Assembly: GCA_036398675.1 (NCBI GenBank)
Contig: DASWOQ010000082.1
Coordinates: forward strand, 20,747 to 84,746
Length of the DNA stretch: 64,000 nt
Source of the DNA: Rhodanobacter sp.
GTDB lineage: Bacteria; Pseudomonadota; Gammaproteobacteria; Xanthomonadales; Rhodanobacteraceae
Reading direction: 5' to 3'
Shown: in pieces, positions 58,895 to 64,000 of the stretch
How the letters are laid out: every line of letters starts with the position of its first letter
Numbering within the stretch: position 1 is the first letter of the stretch
Position numbers and translations under genes: made by a program
Notes under the pieces: generated by a model
What the model was told of the DNA's origin: nothing
What the model saw: only the letters and a program-made list of their open reading frames with translations
Databases searched by the model: none

Positions 58895-60904
58895 TCAGTC
58901 GGCCTTGTCCATGCTGACAGTCATCGGCTTGCCGCCGCCCGGTACCACGGTGATGGTGATCTTCGAGGGGTGCTGCGCGTCGTGGTGGATGGCATTGTGC
59001 GCGATCACGCCCTTGTCCTCGTCGTAGTTGTTGCCGCCGGTGTTGAGGTTGCGGTCGAAGCGCGGAAAGTTGCTGCTTGATACCGCAATGCGCAGCTTGT
59101 GGCCGGCGTCGAAGTAGTTGCTGGTGTCGATCGGCTGGAACGTCACCTTGTAGACCTGGCCCGGCGCCATCCACGCCAGCGGCTTGTCGTAGCCGTCGCG
59201 ATAGCGCATGCGCTGGATATTCTCGGTGATGTTGTAGGCCTTGCCGTCTGGGTGGACGTCGATCACCTTGAAGGTGAAGTCGGTGTCCTTCGCGCTGGAC
59301 GAGACATACAGGGTGACGGTGATCGGGCCGCTGACCTCGATGCCCTGCTTGAACGGCTCGGAGTCATAGACAAGGATGTCGTTGCGGGCTTCCTCGCTGC
59401 GCTGGTCGTACGAGCCGAACTTCACCGCGGTGCCCTGGCAGCAACCGCCACCGCCGAAGGTGAGTACCGGATTCGCCGGGTCGTAGACGAACTGGTCGGG
59501 ATGATCCTCGGCATCGGGTTTACTGGTGAGCGCGCCATCGCCGTACAGCGTGTTCGCCTTGCCGGCGCTGCTGAAGTAGAAATCTTGCGTGGTGGCGCCA
59601 GCTGGCGGCCAGGTCGGCGATTGCTCCCACTGGTTCTTGCCCATCACGTAGTACATCACCTTGGGCTGCTTCTGCAGGATGCCGTTGTCCTCGCCCTTCA
59701 GGAAGTGGTCGAACCAGCCGTAGACGAGCTTGTTGTATTCGAACCGCGCATCGCCCATGTCGAGGTCGCCGACCATGGTGTCCTTGCTGGCACGCGTGTA
59801 CGCGCAGTGCAGCACCGGCGCGATCACCGCATATTGCTGATCGGCGACGGCCTTGGGTGCAGTGCGGCGCACCTCGTTGTAGGCAGCCAGGTTCGGCGAT
59901 ACCGACACGTCGAACCAGCTCATGAACCACAGGCCGGGCTTGCTGATCTTCAGCCCGTCGTTCCACAGGCCGCCCTTGGTCCAGGCTGGATCGTTGGGCG
60001 TACGAGCCACCATGTTGCCGCCGGTGGCTACCGGCATGCGTGTATCGAAGATGCCTGGCGGCCCGCCGACCGCCTTGATCATGTCTTTCAGGGGCAGGTG
60101 CCAGAACGCTTTGTTCCAGTCCACCGGGGGCATCTGCGTGGCAAGGTCGAAATATCTGGATGCATTGATCAGCTCGGCCTGCGTCGTGTTCGACGGAAAC
60201 ATCGGTCGCACCTGGTTCTGGATGCCGTAGTCGTAGATCCATGAAACGAACAGCAACTGCAACGCGCCGCCGCGATACCAGTTGCCCTGTTCGAAATACG
60301 GGCCGACACGGCCCACGCCGGCGCCGAAGCCCTGCACGTTGAAGGTGGTCAGCGCCGGATCGTTCTGCGCGACCACTGCCAGCTGCCATTCCGCGGTGGA
60401 CGAGCAGCCGGTGGTGCCCACCTTGCCGTTGGCCCACGGCTGCGAAGACATCCATTTGATTTCGTCGCTGCCGTCGCTGAGCGGCGTGCCGAGGATGTCG
60501 TAGTTGCCCTGCGAGAAGAAATGCCCACGCTCCTGCATCACGATGTATGCATAGCCGCGCTTCACCGCTTCCAGTTCATGGCTCATGTCCGCCGGCGCGC
60601 CGAGCTTCACGTCCCAGTAGTTGAAGTTGTACGGGGTGCGCTCGAAGATGATCGGCACCTTGCCGCCAGCGTTCTTCGGCCGGTAGACATCGGCTGCCAT
60701 CAACTTGCCGTCGCGCATCTTCACCATCACCTTGCGGTCGATGACGGCAACCTGTTCGAGTTGTTTCTCGGTGTCGTTGCGCTGCTCGATCAGCTTGGCC
60801 TGCGGATCGACGCGCTGGGCCGAAACCGGAGCGGCCAGCAGCAACGACAGCCCGAAAGGGACGGCCATGCCGGCGAAGGTGGAACGAAGATGCCTGACGT
60901 GCAT
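58895..60904 (-). CDS. CocE/NonD-family hydrolase, secreted
   Basis: [23 protein letters not shown] nucleophile elbow, [15 protein letters not shown]. Confidence 0.9.
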   Translation of the reverse strand: MHVRHLRSTFAGMAVPFGLSLLLAAPVSAQRVDPQAKLIEQRNDTEKQLEQVAVIDRKVMVKMRDGKLMAADVYRPKNAGGKVPIIFERTPYNFNYWDVKLGAPADMSHELEAVKRGYAYIVMQERGHFFSQGNYDILGTPLSDGSDEIKWMSSQPWANGKVGTTGCSSTAEWQLAVVAQNDPALTTFNVQGFGAGVGRVGPYFEQGNWYRGGALQLLFVSWIYDYGIQNQVRPMFPSNTTQAELINASRYFDLATQMPPVDWNKAFWHLPLKDMIKAVGGPPGIFDTRMPVATGGNMVARTPNDPAWTKGGLWNDGLKISKPGLWFMSWFDVSVSPNLAAYNEVRRTAPKAVADQQYAVIAPVLHCAYTRASKDTMVGDLDMGDARFEYNKLVYGWFDHFLKGEDNGILQKQPKVMYYVMGKNQWEQSPTWPPAGATTQDFYFSSAGKANTLYGDGALTSKPDAEDHPDQFVYDPANPVLTFGGGGCCQGTAVKFGSYDQRSEEARNDILVYDSEPFKQGIEVSGPITVTLYVSSSAKDTDFTFKVIDVHPDGKAYNITENIQRMRYRDGYDKPLAWMAPGQVYKVTFQPIDTSNYFDAGHKLRIAVSSSNFPRFDRNLNTGGNNYDEDKGVIAHNAIHHDAQHPSKITITVVPGGGKPMTVSMDKAD

Positions 60905-61074
60905 GCGGATCTCCCGTGGCTTCAGCCATCGAGTATGTGGCAAACGGCCGTTCGGGATAAGTGACTATGAGCACATCGCTTCATTCCCTTGTCGCCGGGA
61001 GAGGCCGACTTTTTGTCGTTGCCGTCGCAAGGGTTGCCGATAGCGAGGCGCTGCACACATTGCGCGGAACCGGC

Positions 61075-61446
61075 ATGAAGGTCCGTCTGTACATCTGGAT
61101 CATGTGGCTTTACATGCTTTCGCAGTACCTGTTCGTTCGGCATGTGGCTGGCGAGGTCCATCGGGCCGATCCGGCCTGCTTCGATTTCCGCACGTCCAAC
61201 GGCAAGTTTCGTATGGATGGAAAGCTGCCTTCCGGAATGGAAACATCGCTTGCCATGAGCCGCATGATCTTCGATGGTGATTTGCCGGACGCGGGATATC
61301 CAGTGGCTCTTCGCAAAAAGATCGATGCGGCACGGGCCGCCCTTTTTGGAACAGTCGTCCTCGCGATGGTGCCCGCCTGCTTCTGGCGATTCAGGGCAGG
61401 CGTCACACGTACTGCATCTTCACCGTCATGCCGCCATCCACGGTGA
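61075..61446 (+). CDS. Small hypothetical membrane protein
   Basis: Hydrophobic N- and C-terminal segments; fills an intergenic gap; 3' end overlaps the SDR gene by 44 bp. Confidence 0.45.
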   Translation: MKVRLYIWIMWLYMLSQYLFVRHVAGEVHRADPACFDFRTSNGKFRMDGKLPSGMETSLAMSRMIFDGDLPDAGYPVALRKKIDAARAALFGTVVLAMVPACFWRFRAGVTRTASSPSCRHPR

Positions 61447-62203
61447 AGTGCTGGCCGGTGACGAAACCGGCCTGGGCGGACAGCAGATAGACGGCCAGTG
61501 CGCCGATGTCTTCCGGCGTGCCGACGCGGCCGGCGGGGTGTTGCGCTTGATCCTGATTGCTGAGCTTCGGCGCGCGGCGCGCGGCCGGTTTGCGCCAGGC
61601 GTCGGTGGCGATCCAGCCGGGCAGGATCGCGTTGACGCGAACATCGGGGCCGGCGCTGATCGCCATGGCGTGGGTCAGCGCCAGCAGCCCGCCCTTGCTG
61701 GCGGCATAGGCTTCCGTATCGGGTTCGGATTGCAGTGCGCGGGTGGAGGCGATGTTGACGATGGCGCCGTGAGCTTCCGCCAGCGCGGGCAGCGCGTGCT
61801 TGCTGCACAGGAATGCGCCGGTGAGGTTGGTGGCGAGGTAACGGTTCCAGTTGGCCAGCGTGAGGTCGACGAGCTTGCCGCGATGCGGGTCGGCGATGCC
61901 GGCATTGTTGACCAGCCCGTCGATGCGACCGAAGCGCTTGCGCGCAGCTGCGATCCAGCGGCGCACACTGGTTTCGCGCGAGACATCCAGACGGCCGAAC
62001 GCGGCGCGCGCACCGATGTTCCATTCGTCGAGGCAGGCGCGGCCGGCTTCGACGTCGAGGTCGCCGATCATCACCGAACCGCCTGCGCCAAGCACCTCCT
62101 GCGCGATGCCGCGGCCGATGCCCTGGGCGCCGCCCGTGATCAGCACCACGCGGCTGCGCAACGGCTGGGGATCATGCTCGGCGATGGCGGGTGTCAGTGT
62201 CAT
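61403..62203 (-). CDS. SDR-family oxidoreductase
   Basis: TGGAQGIG, NNAG, YAASK, PGWIAT. Confidence 0.92.
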   Translation of the reverse strand: MTLTPAIAEHDPQPLRSRVVLITGGAQGIGRGIAQEVLGAGGSVMIGDLDVEAGRACLDEWNIGARAAFGRLDVSRETSVRRWIAAARKRFGRIDGLVNNAGIADPHRGKLVDLTLANWNRYLATNLTGAFLCSKHALPALAEAHGAIVNIASTRALQSEPDTEAYAASKGGLLALTHAMAISAGPDVRVNAILPGWIATDAWRKPAARRAPKLSNQDQAQHPAGRVGTPEDIGALAVYLLSAQAGFVTGQHFTVDGGMTVKMQYV

Positions 62204-62285
62204 GCGGCAGGCCTGTGGCGAAATGCGGCGATGATCGCTTTGCGTGCGTAAGCGCGATGTGCAGGTCGTTTGTTTGCCGCGGCAG

Positions 62286-62885
62286 TCACAACTGCAGGTA
62301 GCTGTAGCCGCGTTGTCCATACACCACAAAATCGCTCAATGCCGACAGCGACACGGTGACGTCCGGGTTGACATCGCTGTCCTGGAAACCGTTCTCCGCC
62401 AGCGCCTGGCCGCAGACCAGCAGCGTCACGCCGGCCTGTTTCAGCGCGTGGATGATCGCGATGTTCGGGTTGTCGACTTTGTAGATCCTGCGGTACACGG
62501 TGTTGCTGGCGGCGGCCAGGCTGGCCTCGCCCTCGATCACCGCCACAATGTGCACATGCTCTGGCGGCACCTTGGCAAAGCCCATCAGATTGACGATGCG
62601 CGCGAGCCGCTGCAGCGAGCCGTAGATCTGGGTGTGATCCTTGTCGCCATGGACCACGTCGACGATCACCTTGTAGTCGGCGGCGGGGTCGGGCTGCACT
62701 GCGGCATCCGGGCGTGGATGCACGCGGCCGAAATCCTTGATGACCGGATTGATCCACACGGTGCCGGGCAGGGGGCCGTCATCGGTCTTCGTCTTCGTGC
62801 CGGTGGCGCAGGCGCCCAGCGACATCGCTGCGATCGACAGCAGCAGGCAGGCGATGACCCAACCGCGCGGCTTGTTCAGTGTCAT
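62286..62885 (-). CDS. DsrE-family lipoprotein
   Basis: Lipobox LGAC, NPN...VCGQAL, QRGYS tail. Confidence 0.75.
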   Translation of the reverse strand: MTLNKPRGWVIACLLLSIAAMSLGACATGTKTKTDDGPLPGTVWINPVIKDFGRVHPRPDAAVQPDPAADYKVIVDVVHGDKDHTQIYGSLQRLARIVNLMGFAKVPPEHVHIVAVIEGEASLAAASNTVYRRIYKVDNPNIAIIHALKQAGVTLLVCGQALAENGFQDSDVNPDVTVSLSALSDFVVYGQRGYSYLQL

Positions 62886-62966
62886 GCCATTCCCCAAAAG
62901 GTTGCCGCGAATTGCGGTCGGCGAACGATACTGTGTCGCCCCCGTTTCGGCGATAGACCGGGATGC

Positions 62967-64000
62967 CTAGCGCTTCAGCCGATCGAACGAGAACAGCTTC
63001 GCCAGCGGGTGCCTGCGTTTCTCGATCAATGCGCGGATCAGTGGCGCGCCGGCCATGCTGTAGCTGATGCCGTTGCCGCCATACGCCATGGCGAACTGCA
63101 CGCGTGGGCCGTATTGCGGATGCGTGCCGAAGAAGGGCAGGCCGTCATCGGTTTCGGCGAAGGTGCCGGCCCAGGCGAAGGCGGGCACGAGCTCGAGATC
63201 GGGGATGGCCCGGGCGACTTTCTTCGCCAGCTTGCGCGCTTTCTTGTCGACGCTGGCATCGCGGCGGATCGGGATGTCGATGCTGTCGTCCTCGCCGCCG
63301 ACCAGCAGCCGGCCGTCGCCGGTGCTGCGCATGTAGAGGTACGGTCGCGCCGACTCCCACACCATGGTGTCGGCCAGCGCGCGCAGCCTGGTCTTGTTCA
63401 GCGGGTCGGTGATGAAGGCGTAGCTGCTGCGGTTGTGCGCGACGCGCTGGTCGAGCCACTTCTGGCTGGCATAGCCGGCGGCGAATACCATGTGCGCCGC
63501 CTTGATCCGAACGCCGTCGGTGGTCTGCAGGGTGACGCCGCGCGCGCTGGCGTCGACGCGTTCGATCCGCGTGCGGTCGAACACGCCGGTGCCGCGCTTT
63601 TCCAGGCGGGTGAACAGGCGATAGGCCATGCGGTAGGGATCGATGCGCGCGGCCAGTTCGCTGAGCATCGCACCCGGTGCATCGATGCCGTAGTGATCAT
63701 GCAGTTCGCCCGGTTCCAGCCAGCTCACCCCGAATCCATGCTTGCGGCGCAATGCCAACTCCTCCTGCATGACCGGCACGTGGCGACGCCGGCTGGCGTA
63801 GTACAGGCTGTACATGCGACCGAAATCGACGTCGCGCAGTTCGCTGGACAGGTCCTGCAGCATCGGTATCGCGTCGGCGCAGGCGCGGTAGGCGAGCACG
63901 GCGTCGTCCTCGCCGTACCATCTGGCAAGGTCGATCATGTGCGTATCGATTTCGTACTGCAGCAGCGCCGTGCTGGCGGCGCTGCTGCCCCAGCCGACAT
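62967..64000 (-). CDS. FAD-dependent oxidoreductase (DAO/PuuB-like), 5' end off-window
   Basis: GSSAASTALLQYEID, WAGTFAETDDGLP, YGGNG. Confidence 0.85.
   Translation of the reverse strand, partial: VGWGSSAASTALLQYEIDTHMIDLARWYGEDDAVLAYRACADAIPMLQDLSSELRDVDFGRMYSLYYASRRRHVPVMQEELALRRKHGFGVSWLEPGELHDHYGIDAPGAMLSELAARIDPYRMAYRLFTRLEKRGTGVFDRTRIERVDASARGVTLQTTDGVRIKAAHMVFAAGYASQKWLDQRVAHNRSSYAFITDPLNKTRLRALADTMVWESARPYLYMRSTGDGRLLVGGEDDSIDIPIRRDASVDKKARKLAKKVARAIPDLELVPAFAWAGTFAETDDGLPFFGTHPQYGPRVQFAMAYGGNGISYSMAGAPLIRALIEKRRHPLAKLFSFDRLKR

Overview
High-GC proteobacterial chromosome segment (gene content suggests Xanthomonadales/Rhodanobacteraceae, e.g. Dyella/Rhodanobacter-like; this is inference) made of small accessory metabolic, stress and signalling modules. 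I saw no rRNA, tRNA, CRISPR, transposase or integrase. Main points: (1) a borosin-type peptide backbone N-methyltransferase (SonM/OphMA family), absent from the ORF track, runs off the left edge and is preceded by a second SAM methyltransferase. (2) A GalR-controlled lower gallate/PCA-4,5 pathway operon has galC and galB but no dioxygenase or galD; it adds an amidohydrolase, a cytoplasmic 4,5-dihydroxyphthalate-decarboxylase-like protein, DctA and an OprB porin. (3) A KaiC-like double ATPase sits with a small helical protein and a histidine kinase carrying an apparent GGDEF relic. (4) A c-di-GMP trio (propeller-DGC, HD-GYP, GGDEF/EAL) lies next to a lower-GC AT3-SGNH O-acyltransferase. (5) Secreted glycoside hydrolases and peptidases, ohrR-ohr and several disrupted or relic genes (FUSC, GNAT, ExbD, GMC oxidoreductase, esterase, phasin) are also present. 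Family calls come from motif recognition only; no searches were run.
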